A stretch of DNA of 44,270 nt from a virus. Lineage: Duplodnaviria > Caudoviricetes. The DNA lies in the IMG/VR virus record IMGVR_UViG_3300024232_000022, positions 1 to 44,270 of that record, one strand, 5' to 3'. Positions 25,798 through 35,082 of this stretch are shown here, piece by piece. Under the pieces are notes generated by a model. The model did not search any database, was not told the DNA's origin, and was given only the letters and a program-made list of their open reading frames with translations. The translations under genes and the position numbers were made by a program. The number at the start of each line of letters is the position of its first letter. The first letter of the stretch is position 1.

Positions 25798-26552
25798 GCA
25801 ACACGACCAGGACACCGGATGACGGTCGCAACGAGCGGCAGCGCCAGCAACAAGAGCAAGACGTCCGCAAGGAGCGTGTGCCCGACGATGGCCGCAATGA
25901 GCGGCAACGACTGCTCGATGAGAAGCCGTTCGATTTCATTGAGCGGACCAAGCCGGAGGATCTGATCGGCCACGGCGGTCAGTTGACGCGCGACAACGTC
26001 AATCCGAACATTCCGAGCAGCAAGCCAGGCGGACCTCCGGGTCCGGTGGTTGACCCGACTACGCTCGGGATGGAGCAGGGCGGCGTTGCGCCGGCTTCGG
26101 CGGACCTGAAGGAAGCGCCTGTGCTGCCGCCGGGGCACGGCAACGCCAGTCTGAACGAGCCGGCCGGCAGCGACGTCGGCGGCGGCGCAGTAACGCCGCC
26201 GGTAAGCGAGCCGCTGGTACTTTCCGACATCTCGCCCGACGCCATGGTGGTTGGCAGCGGCACGTTCCCGCTGACTGTCACGGGGTCCGGCTTTACCGAG
26301 GACGCCGTGGTCGTGTTCAACGATCTCGACGTGCCGACGACGTTTGTCAGCGCGACCGAATTGACGGCGGATTGCCCGGTCGAGGCCGCTGCCACGATCG
26401 TTGACGTCGAGGTGCATCGCGGCGAGGACATGAGCGACGTGCTGATGTTCGAGTTTACCGCGGTGATGCGCGAGGGGCGCGAGAAGCGTACTCCCGAGCG
26501 CAAGCCGAAGAAGGAAACGCCACGCCACAAGCGCGCGAACAAGCGCAAATAG
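25794..26552 (+). CDS. Protein with IPT/TIG domain, disordered N-terminus and basic tail
   Basis: LSDISPD...LTVTGSGFT...TTFVSATELT; PDDGRNERQR occurs twice. Confidence 0.75.
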   Translation: MSNTTRTPDDGRNERQRQQQEQDVRKERVPDDGRNERQRLLDEKPFDFIERTKPEDLIGHGGQLTRDNVNPNIPSSKPGGPPGPVVDPTTLGMEQGGVAPASADLKEAPVLPPGHGNASLNEPAGSDVGGGAVTPPVSEPLVLSDISPDAMVVGSGTFPLTVTGSGFTEDAVVVFNDLDVPTTFVSATELTADCPVEAAATIVDVEVHRGEDMSDVLMFEFTAVMREGREKRTPERKPKKETPRHKRANKRK

Positions 26553-26561
26553 GAGCGCGCC

Positions 26562-29500
26562 ATGGGCATACCGGTAGTCATAAAACCGTCGGGTGGCTTG
26601 CCGGTCAGTGTCTCGACCAACGGCTACGGCATGCCGATGACCGTGGCGACCAACGGCATGGGTCTTGCCGTAACGCAGGCGACCGGTGGCGGCGGACTTG
26701 CCGTCACCGGCATGACCTTCGGGCCGACGATCGCGCTGTCGGCTTCGTCGGTGCTCGAAACGGCGGCCGTCAACACCGTGGTCGGCACCTTGTCGGTGAC
26801 GGCCGGCACAACCGGAACGCCGGTGTTTGCGCTGGTCGACAGCGCGGGCGGCAAGTTCAATATCTCAGGCACGTCGCTGCGCACCAATGCGTTGCTGGAT
26901 TATGAAACCGCGACGTTCCACAGCATCACGGTGAGCGTGACTGGCGTCACGCCGACGGTGGCGAACGCGACGTTCATCATCCTGGTGCTCGACGTGGTCG
27001 AGCCGGTCATTCTGCTGACTGGCACCACGGTGAACGAGAATGCGACGGCGGGCACCAATATCGGTGTGCTGTCGATTGCCAACACGTTCACCGGAACGCC
27101 GGCCTACACGCTGGTCGACAGTTCGAGCGGCAAGGTCGCGATCAGCGGCAGCAACCTGAATGTGTTGGGCGCAATCGACTACGAGACGACGCCGACGTTC
27201 AACATCACGGTGTCGGTCAGCGGCATCACGCCGGTAGCGCCGAACAAGACGTTCACCGTGGTGGTGCTGGATGTCGCGGAAGCGGCCTATACAGGCCCCG
27301 GCGACATTAAGGCCGGCGCGTTGGGGTGGTGGGGATTGCGCGCTTATAGCGCCGCGCAGTGTACCGGGTCCGTGGCGGCCATTCAGGTGGTCAAGGCGTC
27401 CGATGGATCGTCGCCGCTGGACATCAACATTCTGGCTAACGGAAAGCTCGACGTCGCTACCATTAGCGCGTTGGGTTATGCAGTTAAGGTTAACAAGATT
27501 TACGATCAATCAGGTAACGGGCGCCATCTTCAAGCGATGAATGCCGCATACGTCCCGACAACGGCGGCTGCCCCCGATCTTACCCTTGCCGGCATGGGAG
27601 GCACGCTCCCCTGCATGACGTGGAGTGGGGGCACCCAGAGATTGGTGAACGTTGCGGGTTTCGGTGCTGTAGCTCAGCCGTTTACTGTTTCGCTTATTTA
27701 CAACAGGACGGCCTCTGCTGTGTTCGAAGCCCTGTTCGCTCCTGATGGTATTACTTACGGGGTATTCGGCAACAACGCGGCCAATGGCGCATTGATGTAT
27801 GCCGGCGCCCAACTGATAGCCGTCGCCGCAGATGGCGTGGATCATTCGGGTCAGTTTGTCTTTAACGGCGCAAGTAGCAACCTCTACATTGATGGAACGG
27901 GGACCAGCGGGAACCCGACAACCGCCGGATGGCAGGCCGGCGCCATAACTCACGGCAATTGCGGTCCCCAAGGCTCAATCGCCGGTAAGACTGCCGAAGT
28001 AGGGTTCTGGGGCTCGGCGTTCAGTGCTGGTGACGCCGCCGCAATGACGACGAACCAGACCAACTATCTTTCCGGTGTCGGTGGAGGCGGCACCGGGGTC
28101 ACAAAAAACATCGTCACGGACTACGGCGCCGTTGGTGATGCTCAGTGGGCGCGGACGACGCTGAGCATCACGACGAATGTACTCACGTCCGCAACCGCGA
28201 TTTGGCCCTCGGTTACTTCAGGGTCAGAGTACATCGGCAAGAGCATTGTGGTCGGCCGGTGCGGCGGAACTGCTGGCGAGGCTGGTGGTGGCACGCCGCT
28301 TCGCACGACGATCACGGGATGGACCAGCAGCACGCAAATCACATTGGGCGCCAACTGCGTCATGGCGCTTTCATCCGAGCCGAATGTGATCGTGGCGTGG
28401 GGTACCAACAACGGCAAGCAGATGCCCCCGAACGGGGTAGATGCTACGAATGGACCGTTCGAGACGTTCCGATTGGCGTATCAGGGTCAGGCGGTTACGC
28501 TAACGATCCCGGCAGGGAACTATCTGATCTCCAGCGGGCAGTTTGGCTTTCTGTTCAATGGCATTCGCAACATCACCGTAAACGCAACCGGCGCCACGAT
28601 ATGCGGCGGTACGTTTGCCTTGGGAGCAAACAATCAAAGTCAATGGTATGGACACAGTGGTTTCACCGCGTCGGTATCGGCTGGGGCTACATCCGCTACA
28701 CTGCTTACACCTGCCCAAGTATCGCGGTTTGCGGTTGGTCGTTATGCGTTAATGACTGGATTTGGCCTGCAATACGGCGGCTATCCGTCCAATCATCAGC
28801 TGTTTGAATACGTCTATGTTACAGCGATAGATAGCGATAGCGGAAGTCCAACTTACGGCAAGATCACGTTTCAAGCGCCTCTGACTAACGCGTATCTGTC
28901 AACGTGGCCGTTATTTCTTAACGAAACGGGCACAACACCTCCACCTGAGAATGGTCAGTATACATCGGGAGGACCCGCAACGCTTTACGCTCTGACTACT
29001 GACTTCAATCACACGGCAGTCATCAACAACCTGACCTTTGCTCATCATGCGCAGATGGGAACCGCCGGGCTTAACCTGACGCTGAACGGTTGTGTGTTCG
29101 AGAGCATCTATGGCCCGCATGCTACGGCGTGCAAAGCTGTCGTGTTCAACAACTGTCTTGGCATCCAGTGCTCGATGGAGGTCGATAAGCTCATCACATC
29201 GTTCACCATGAACGGTTGCGACTGGGGCGGGTTGACGTTCCAGAGCGCCAGCGTGGCCGAGTTTATCGCCGATGACACCGACATCAGATATTCGGTAGTC
29301 GGATCACCTCTCAAAGCCACTTTTCGTAATGGCAGCACTATCGGCATGGTGTCCGGCATTGGTGCGTTTACGCCGGGATGCGACTACGGTTATGCCAATG
29401 AACTGATTGTCACCAGCAGCCAGATAAAGAATTTTGGCGCGGTTACGACCCATCAGAGCGGCTACGTGATCCCCGGCAAGGACGGCTCCAACAACGGCAT

Positions 29501-30272
29501 GAATGTCGACTACACCATGGCGGGTGGCGTTATCACTGTTCCCATTCCGAACCCGCTCGCGTACACCGAAATCTATACGACGATGTGGCCGGTGACGAAT
29601 GGCAAGGCGTTCATACAGGACGCGGTTACTGGCGAGATGATCGGTGCTTTAAGGATCACCAATGCGACGCAGAGTGGCGGCAATGCGTTGATTGCCACGA
29701 CACTCACCGGCACTTGGCCGTCGCGTAGCGGACACAAGCTGTATCTCGTTAAGCATCCAGCGCCGATCTGCACGTTCACCAGTGTGACTGGTTGCCCCGA
29801 GGTGGTTGATTTGTCGGGTGCTGGCGCCGCCGGCCTGCCGCTTTATTCCTACAGCAAGCGCACCTACGACGGCTCGGTCGCGGCGGCCGACTACTGGCAA
29901 GTCTATGGCCGGGTGAAGAAGATCGTGGTTGCCGTAACGCAGGCAGCAAACGGAACGACGTTCCCCGGCGCAGTGACCCTGGCAGTGAACGTCAACGTCG
30001 GTAACAGCCTGATCAAGATGTCGGATTACACCAACACGACGTGGGCGCCGACCATCAATCTCAAGATCGTGGGAACGCGCACATTTGACGCGACTGCCGG
30101 TACCTACCCGGTATCCAGTTGGTCCGGCGGGCAGACTGGCGACGTGCTGCCGGGAATGACCGAGGCGCTATGGGCGCCGGGCAACTTTCGCCCCACCATG
30201 ACCGACACCAGCGCGGCAGCGGCGGGGTTGCGGCCGATCTTCTCGATCGAGGTCATCACGGATCAGGGATGA
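26562..30272 (+). CDS. Large multidomain adhesin / spike: two cadherin-like domains, ConA/arabinofuranosidase-B-like lectin domain, beta-helix-like region
   Basis: V.E.A...VGTL...LDYET twice; WWGLRAY...KIYDQSGNGRH; NIVTDYGAVGD and LTIPAGNY beta-helix cap motifs. Confidence 0.75.
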   Translation: MGIPVVIKPSGGLPVSVSTNGYGMPMTVATNGMGLAVTQATGGGGLAVTGMTFGPTIALSASSVLETAAVNTVVGTLSVTAGTTGTPVFALVDSAGGKFNISGTSLRTNALLDYETATFHSITVSVTGVTPTVANATFIILVLDVVEPVILLTGTTVNENATAGTNIGVLSIANTFTGTPAYTLVDSSSGKVAISGSNLNVLGAIDYETTPTFNITVSVSGITPVAPNKTFTVVVLDVAEAAYTGPGDIKAGALGWWGLRAYSAAQCTGSVAAIQVVKASDGSSPLDINILANGKLDVATISALGYAVKVNKIYDQSGNGRHLQAMNAAYVPTTAAAPDLTLAGMGGTLPCMTWSGGTQRLVNVAGFGAVAQPFTVSLIYNRTASAVFEALFAPDGITYGVFGNNAANGALMYAGAQLIAVAADGVDHSGQFVFNGASSNLYIDGTGTSGNPTTAGWQAGAITHGNCGPQGSIAGKTAEVGFWGSAFSAGDAAAMTTNQTNYLSGVGGGGTGVTKNIVTDYGAVGDAQWARTTLSITTNVLTSATAIWPSVTSGSEYIGKSIVVGRCGGTAGEAGGGTPLRTTITGWTSSTQITLGANCVMALSSEPNVIVAWGTNNGKQMPPNGVDATNGPFETFRLAYQGQAVTLTIPAGNYLISSGQFGFLFNGIRNITVNATGATICGGTFALGANNQSQWYGHSGFTASVSAGATSATLLTPAQVSRFAVGRYALMTGFGLQYGGYPSNHQLFEYVYVTAIDSDSGSPTYGKITFQAPLTNAYLSTWPLFLNETGTTPPPENGQYTSGGPATLYALTTDFNHTAVINNLTFAHHAQMGTAGLNLTLNGCVFESIYGPHATACKAVVFNNCLGIQCSMEVDKLITSFTMNGCDWGGLTFQSASVAEFIADDTDIRYSVVGSPLKATFRNGSTIGMVSGIGAFTPGCDYGYANELIVTSSQIKNFGAVTTHQSGYVIPGKDGSNNGMNVDYTMAGGVITVPIPNPLAYTEIYTTMWPVTNGKAFIQDAVTGEMIGALRITNATQSGGNALIATTLTGTWPSRSGHKLYLVKHPAPICTFTSVTGCPEVVDLSGAGAAGLPLYSYSKRTYDGSVAAADYWQVYGRVKKIVVAVTQAANGTTFPGAVTLAVNVNVGNSLIKMSDYTNTTWAPTINLKIVGTRTFDATAGTYPVSSWSGGQTGDVLPGMTEALWAPGNFRPTMTDTSAAAAGLRPIFSIEVITDQG

Positions 30273-30391
30273 GCAAGCTGGTCGAAATCGCGCCCAACCG
30301 TTGGCGCTTCGTGCGCGAGCAAACGCCGGTCGCGCGCTCTGCGCTGCCGCGGCCCTACGTGATCAGCGACGACAGGATACGAGAATGGTGA
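30269..30391 (+). pseudogene. N-terminal stub (MSKLVEIAPNRWRFVREQTPVARSALPRPYVISD-DRIREW*) of the gene continued at 30873
   Basis: Aligns residue by residue with MRLVEIAYNRWRFVRDETPPARSEFPCPHIISD. Confidence 0.9.
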
Positions 30392-30885
30392 GCATCGCGA
30401 GACTGCGTGAATTGGTTGCATATGATCCGGCGACGGGTGTGCTTCGTTGGATCGTTGATCGCAATAATCATGTCAAAAGAGGGCATGAAGCAGGCTACAT
30501 CAATGATGGTTATCGCGTGATCGGAGTGGATGGTTCTAGGCTGAAGGCGCAACGGATCGCATGGGCGCTTCATTACGATGAATGGCCGACCAGCAGGATT
30601 GATCACATCAACCGCGATGCATCTGACAACCGTATTGCCAATCTGCGGCAAGTCACGCATGCGCAGAACATTGCCAATACTCGATCCAAAATGCCGGGGC
30701 GTCCAAAGGGTGTTTATTGGCACAAGCAGCGTCAGCAGTGGCATTCGAACATCACAATCGGCGGCAAGAAGCGGCATCTCGGTCTGTTCCAAACGGAAGG
30801 CGAGGCAGCGGCGGCGTTTGAACGCGCGTCGCGTCAGGTCTACGGCGAATTTGCGCGTGTGGAGGCAAAGCCATGCGCCTCGTAG
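30385..30885 (+). CDS. HNH-AP2 homing endonuclease
   Basis: LRELVAYDPATG...IDHINRDASDNRIANLRQVTHAQN HNH motif; KGVYW...HLGLFQTEGEAAAA...YGEFA AP2 domain. Confidence 0.93.
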   Translation: MVSIARLRELVAYDPATGVLRWIVDRNNHVKRGHEAGYINDGYRVIGVDGSRLKAQRIAWALHYDEWPTSRIDHINRDASDNRIANLRQVTHAQNIANTRSKMPGRPKGVYWHKQRQQWHSNITIGGKKRHLGLFQTEGEAAAAFERASRQVYGEFARVEAKPCAS

Positions 30886-31172
30886 AGATTGCCTACAATC
30901 GCTGGCGTTTCGTGCGGGATGAAACACCGCCTGCGCGGAGTGAGTTTCCTTGTCCTCATATCATCAGCGATATCATGGACCCTGTGGAACAGGTCGACGG
31001 CCGGTTCTACGAGAGCAAGGCGGCGTTTCGCGCGGTCGGTCGGGCGCTCGGGCTGACCGAGGTTGGCAACGAGAAGCCGAAACCAAAGGTGCGCGCGACA
31101 GCGGACCCTAAAGTAAAAGAGGCGCGGCAGCAGTCGCTGCGCAAGGCGATAGAGAAGCTACGGTCAGCCTGA
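30873..31172 (+). CDS. Conserved small phage protein upstream of scaffold
   Basis: IISDIMDP...DGRFYESKAAFR...G..EVGNE motif; GGAGG RBS inside the HNH gene. Confidence 0.8.
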   Translation: MRLVEIAYNRWRFVRDETPPARSEFPCPHIISDIMDPVEQVDGRFYESKAAFRAVGRALGLTEVGNEKPKPKVRATADPKVKEARQQSLRKAIEKLRSA

Positions 31173-31200
31173 CCGCAAATACGGTCAAACAGACCGCACT
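31159..31200. promoter_or_regulatory. Tandem pair of palindromes with 21-bp period upstream of the scaffold gene
   Basis: tacggtca-gcct-gaccgca and tacggtca-aaca-gaccgca. Confidence 0.55.
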
Positions 31201-31238
31201 CGACCCCCGCCGGTTACCCCGGCCGAAGGAGTGGTTTT

Positions 31239-32483
31239 ATGTCTGATGTCGGTGTTGCACCTGCCCCTGCGCCTGCCGCGGCGCAATCTGAAGTTCCGAT
31301 CAATCCAGATCCGGTGAACACGCCGGCGCCGGTCACCAACCAGCCGCCGGAAAAACAGCCGGTGGACATGAAGGATGCCGACCCCAGGCGGGAAAGCATC
31401 CGCAAGGCGATCGAGCGCGCCAAGGCGCGCGATCCGAACGACAAGGGCGAGCCGCGCAAGGCGAAGATGGGCGACAACCAGCCGCCCGAGGAGACGAAGC
31501 CTGAGCGCGCGAAACCTGAAAAGATCGACCTGAAAAAGCGGCCGGACGACCAGCCACGCGATCGCGGGCGGTTTGCGCCGAAAGAACGGGCGGAAAGCCA
31601 AGAGGCAACGGCGTCAGACCCGGGTCAAGCGCGACAACCAAGCCAACAGCCGGCGCAACAGTACAAGCAACTCCCGGACAACGACCCCTACCGCGAGCCA
31701 CTGCGCCGGATGACCGACCACGCCAAGGCGGAGTGGGCGGCGACGCCGGTGAACGTGCGCAGCGACATTCACCGCATGCACAAGGAGTTCGGTGAGGCGT
31801 TCAACCGCTACCAAGCCGACCACAAGACCATGAGCAGCATTCGCCACTATGAGAAGATGGCGAAAGATCACGGCACCACGCTCGGTGAGGCGCTGGACCG
31901 CTACACCGGGATGGAAAAGCTGCTGCGCGCCGAGCCGTTCCGGGCGTTCGACACCATCACCAACAACCTCAACCTGCGCTCGCCGGACGGGCAGAAGCTG
32001 ACCTTCCGCGATCTGGCCTGGGCCTACCTCAACCAGACGCCGGAGCAGCACAGGATGGCGCAGGGCGAGAACGCCCAGACTGCGCAGAGCCACCAGATCG
32101 GGCAGTTACATTCGATGGTGAACACCCTTGCGCAGGGCATCCAGGAGATGCAGTATGAGCGCAAGTTCACGCATACCCGTAGTGCGCTTGATCGGTACGC
32201 CGACACGCACCCCCGGTTCGATGAGCTTGGCGATCTGATCGAGCAGGAAATCAAGTTCGGCTTTGACGTCGACACGGCGTACCGGCGCGCCCTACTGCTA
32301 AGACCGGCCACAGCGGCTCAGACCCGCACCACGACGGCTCAGACCCGTACCGATCCCGACCGCAGCATTCACGGCGCGCCCGCCAATGGCCCTGCCAACG
32401 GGGCGCAGCGCCGCAATGGCAAGCCGCCGGAACGCCGCGAGGCGATTGCGCGTGCGATCAAGCACGTCAACGGCTCGCTCTGA
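31239..32483 (+). CDS. Scaffolding protein
   Basis: Disordered charged N-terminus with RDRGRFA, helical body; directly upstream of the capsid gene; AAGGAG RBS. Confidence 0.75.
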   Translation: MSDVGVAPAPAPAAAQSEVPINPDPVNTPAPVTNQPPEKQPVDMKDADPRRESIRKAIERAKARDPNDKGEPRKAKMGDNQPPEETKPERAKPEKIDLKKRPDDQPRDRGRFAPKERAESQEATASDPGQARQPSQQPAQQYKQLPDNDPYREPLRRMTDHAKAEWAATPVNVRSDIHRMHKEFGEAFNRYQADHKTMSSIRHYEKMAKDHGTTLGEALDRYTGMEKLLRAEPFRAFDTITNNLNLRSPDGQKLTFRDLAWAYLNQTPEQHRMAQGENAQTAQSHQIGQLHSMVNTLAQGIQEMQYERKFTHTRSALDRYADTHPRFDELGDLIEQEIKFGFDVDTAYRRALLLRPATAAQTRTTTAQTRTDPDRSIHGAPANGPANGAQRRNGKPPERREAIARAIKHVNGSL

Positions 32484-32510
32484 CAACCCGTTTAGTCGTG
32501 GAGGCATATT

Positions 32511-33533
32511 GTGCCGAACGTCACTACTGCAGCCGCATATCAGCAGATCCTCAGCATGGCACTGGAGGACCGCTCGAGCGGCTACGAGGATCTCGTATCC
32601 AACAACAACGCCCTGCTTGCGGTCATGCGCCGTAAGGGGCTGTGGCAGACCTACTCGGGGCCACGCATCCGCCAGACCCTGCAGATCGGCAAGCAAGTCG
32701 CACAGTGGTACAACGGCTATGACCAACTGCTGAACCCCGCGATCGACTTGTTCAATGACGCCTTTTTCGAGCCGAAGATGGTGGTCGTGCCGATCGTTCT
32801 TTCGATGCAGGAAATTCTTAACAACGAGGGCGACAGTCAGTTGATGGATGTGCTCGACAGCTACATGGAGGCCGCCGAGAAGGCGCTCGAGGATACCATG
32901 GACGCCGGCATCTATTCGGACGGCTCGGCCAACGGCGGCAAGCAGATCACCGGCCTGGCGACGGCTGTACCGATCGTGACCACGTCGGGCACCTACGGCG
33001 GCATCGACCGCAACCTGTCGACCATTTGGCAAACCAAGACCTATGACGCCCACACCTATTCGGCGGCGATCGGCACCCAGGTCAATTCGACCACGGTGCG
33101 GCCGCTGCTCAATGCGGTGATGACCAAGCAAAGCCGCGGGCGCGACTATGCCGACCTGCTGATCATGTCGCCCGAGCACTATGCGGCATACGACGCCGCC
33201 ACCATCGCGATCCAGCGCCAGACCAACGAAACGAGCCTGGGCAAGCTGGGTTTCAGCGCACTGGAGTACATCGGCGGCGGAAAACGGGCCGAGATCGTGC
33301 TCGACGGCGGTATTGGAAGCAACATGCCGGCGAACACCACGTTCGGCCTGAACACCGACACCTTCCGGCTGCGCTATCATCCGAACCGCAACTTCGACAA
33401 GCTGTTCGAGGGCGACGGGCAGATGCCGATCGACAAGGACGCGATCGCGCAGTTCATCGGGTGGATGGGCGAGCTTACTATGACTAACCCCTTGTTTAAT
33501 TGGAGGTTGTACGACTCCGTTCCGGCTTCCTGA
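32511..33533 (+). CDS. Major capsid protein
   Basis: 340 aa, GGAGG RBS, strong codon bias; YSDGSANGGKQITGL and TYGGIDR motifs; synteny. Confidence 0.9.
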   Translation: MPNVTTAAAYQQILSMALEDRSSGYEDLVSNNNALLAVMRRKGLWQTYSGPRIRQTLQIGKQVAQWYNGYDQLLNPAIDLFNDAFFEPKMVVVPIVLSMQEILNNEGDSQLMDVLDSYMEAAEKALEDTMDAGIYSDGSANGGKQITGLATAVPIVTTSGTYGGIDRNLSTIWQTKTYDAHTYSAAIGTQVNSTTVRPLLNAVMTKQSRGRDYADLLIMSPEHYAAYDAATIAIQRQTNETSLGKLGFSALEYIGGGKRAEIVLDGGIGSNMPANTTFGLNTDTFRLRYHPNRNFDKLFEGDGQMPIDKDAIAQFIGWMGELTMTNPLFNWRLYDSVPAS

Positions 33534-33538
33534 TCGTT

Positions 33539-33629
33539 TCGGGCGCGGTCGCTCCCCAGCCAACCCGCGCCCGATAACCCGGAGCCGTCTGTCCTGCACG
33601 CGGACAAGCCCAGGGCCGACGACTCCGGG
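33539..33629. ncRNA. Structured intergenic element after the capsid gene (candidate cis-regulatory RNA or sRNA)
   Basis: 10-bp stem with CUCCCC at the apex, followed by a 12-bp stem enclosing two small hairpins. Confidence 0.35.
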
Positions 33630-33654
33630 ACCACCAACAACGAAAGGCGTAGCT

Positions 33655-34371
33655 ATGGCTATCGATCCGCGCGATCCCGATGCAGCACTTGTCGTTCTGT
33701 TCCGCCTGCATTCCGAGAAGAACGAGGCACGCAGTGCGGCCGAAGGCCGTCCGATCCACGAGGACATGGAAGTGTGCGACATCCGCGCGCCGGGCTCGCG
33801 CAATTTCACCACGCAGCCAGCGCACACGCTTTGGCCGCACTGGCTGATCAACGGGTACACCGGCGAGCAGCATCAGATCACCTACGCGCAGCGGTTCCGG
33901 CATCAATACGAGCAGTTCAAGGCGCACGCCGCGCAAACCAAGTCGGGCACGCCGCTCGACTACGCGCCGTTCCTCACGCCGGGCCGCCGCGCCGAACTGC
34001 GCGCGCAGAACGTCTACACCGTCGAGCAGCTCGCCATCGTCGACGGCCAGGAGTTGAAGAACCTCGGCCCCGGCGGGCGCGACCTGAAGAACCAGGCGGT
34101 CGAGTTTCTCGCCGACAGCAAGAGCAACTCGCACAACACCGTGCTCGCCGCCGAACTCGAGGCGATGCGCGCAAAGAACATGGCGCTCGAGCAGGACCTC
34201 GAGGCGGCGCGCAAGGCGGCCGAGGCCGCCGGCGAGCAGTTCGATGAGATGACCAGCGAGCAGTTGCGCGAGTACATCAGGGTCAATACCGGGCACGAGC
34301 CTCAGGGCAATCCCAACCGCAAGACGCTGACGCGGATGGCGCTCGAGGCGAGGCCCAGCAAGGCGGCTTAA
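33655..34371 (+). CDS. Conserved hypothetical late-region protein
   Basis: GC3-rich 238 aa; SGTPL...AELRAQNVYTVEQLA motif; coiled-coil C-terminus. Confidence 0.75.
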   Translation: MAIDPRDPDAALVVLFRLHSEKNEARSAAEGRPIHEDMEVCDIRAPGSRNFTTQPAHTLWPHWLINGYTGEQHQITYAQRFRHQYEQFKAHAAQTKSGTPLDYAPFLTPGRRAELRAQNVYTVEQLAIVDGQELKNLGPGGRDLKNQAVEFLADSKSNSHNTVLAAELEAMRAKNMALEQDLEAARKAAEAAGEQFDEMTSEQLREYIRVNTGHEPQGNPNRKTLTRMALEARPSKAA

Positions 34372-35082
34372 ATGTCTCTTTTGAGCGTGGTGCAGGATGT
34401 TTGCGCGCGGGTCGGCGTGGCGGCTCCAATCGCGCTCATCCCGACGATCAACTCCAACCGCACCGCACGCGAACTGCTCGCCTGCGCCAACGAAATGGCG
34501 CAGCGCATCGCCTACGATACGCGCGAATGGCAGGTGATGAAAAAGTTGGTCACCTACACCGGCGACGGCGTCACGACCGCGTTCAACCTGCCGGCCGACT
34601 ACAAGCGCATGCTGCTGACGACAAGTGTTTGGCGCTCGACTTCGGCCATGCAGCCGATGCGCTACATCGCCGACACCGACGAGTGGATGATGCGCCGCGC
34701 TGCGGGTTGGATCGATGCCTGGGGCGAGTGGACCTTGCTCGGCAATCAGATCCTGATCTGGCCGGCGATGGGCGCAGGGGTCACGGCGCGGTTTTCCTAC
34801 CTCAACAAGAATTGCATTGCACTCAACGCCGGCGGGTACGGCGACACGTTCCTGAACGACGCCGACGTCTTCCGGCTTGACGAACGCATTCTCAAGCTTG
34901 GCATGATCTTCGACTGGAAGCAGTCCAAGGGCTCGCCCTATGCCGAGGACATGGGCACCTGGTCGGATGCCATGGCGTTGGCGATGGGCGCCGACAAGCC
35001 GATGCCGATTATGATCGATCGTGCGCCGATCTCGGCGCATGCGCGCGGGATCGCTTATCCATTTGCGTTGCCGACGCCATGA
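34372..35082 (+). CDS. Head-tail adaptor / tail tubular protein A-like
   Basis: MSLLSVVQDVC...FNLPADY...ILIWP; size and synteny. Confidence 0.7.
   Translation: MSLLSVVQDVCARVGVAAPIALIPTINSNRTARELLACANEMAQRIAYDTREWQVMKKLVTYTGDGVTTAFNLPADYKRMLLTTSVWRSTSAMQPMRYIADTDEWMMRRAAGWIDAWGEWTLLGNQILIWPAMGAGVTARFSYLNKNCIALNAGGYGDTFLNDADVFRLDERILKLGMIFDWKQSKGSPYAEDMGTWSDAMALAMGADKPMPIMIDRAPISAHARGIAYPFALPTP

Noticed and set aside
30371-30971. Group I intron or intein explanation for the HNH insertions (also ~5435-6096)
   Set aside because: The inserts are filled by the HNH ORF and the duplicated gene start, leaving no room for a ribozyme core; the HNH is out of frame with the stub and lacks intein ends.
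32313-32348. Short tandem coding repeats (AQTRT x2; also DPN repeats at ~37558 and PDDGRNERQR x2 at ~25815)
   Set aside because: In-frame duplications in disordered regions with no sign of phase variation.
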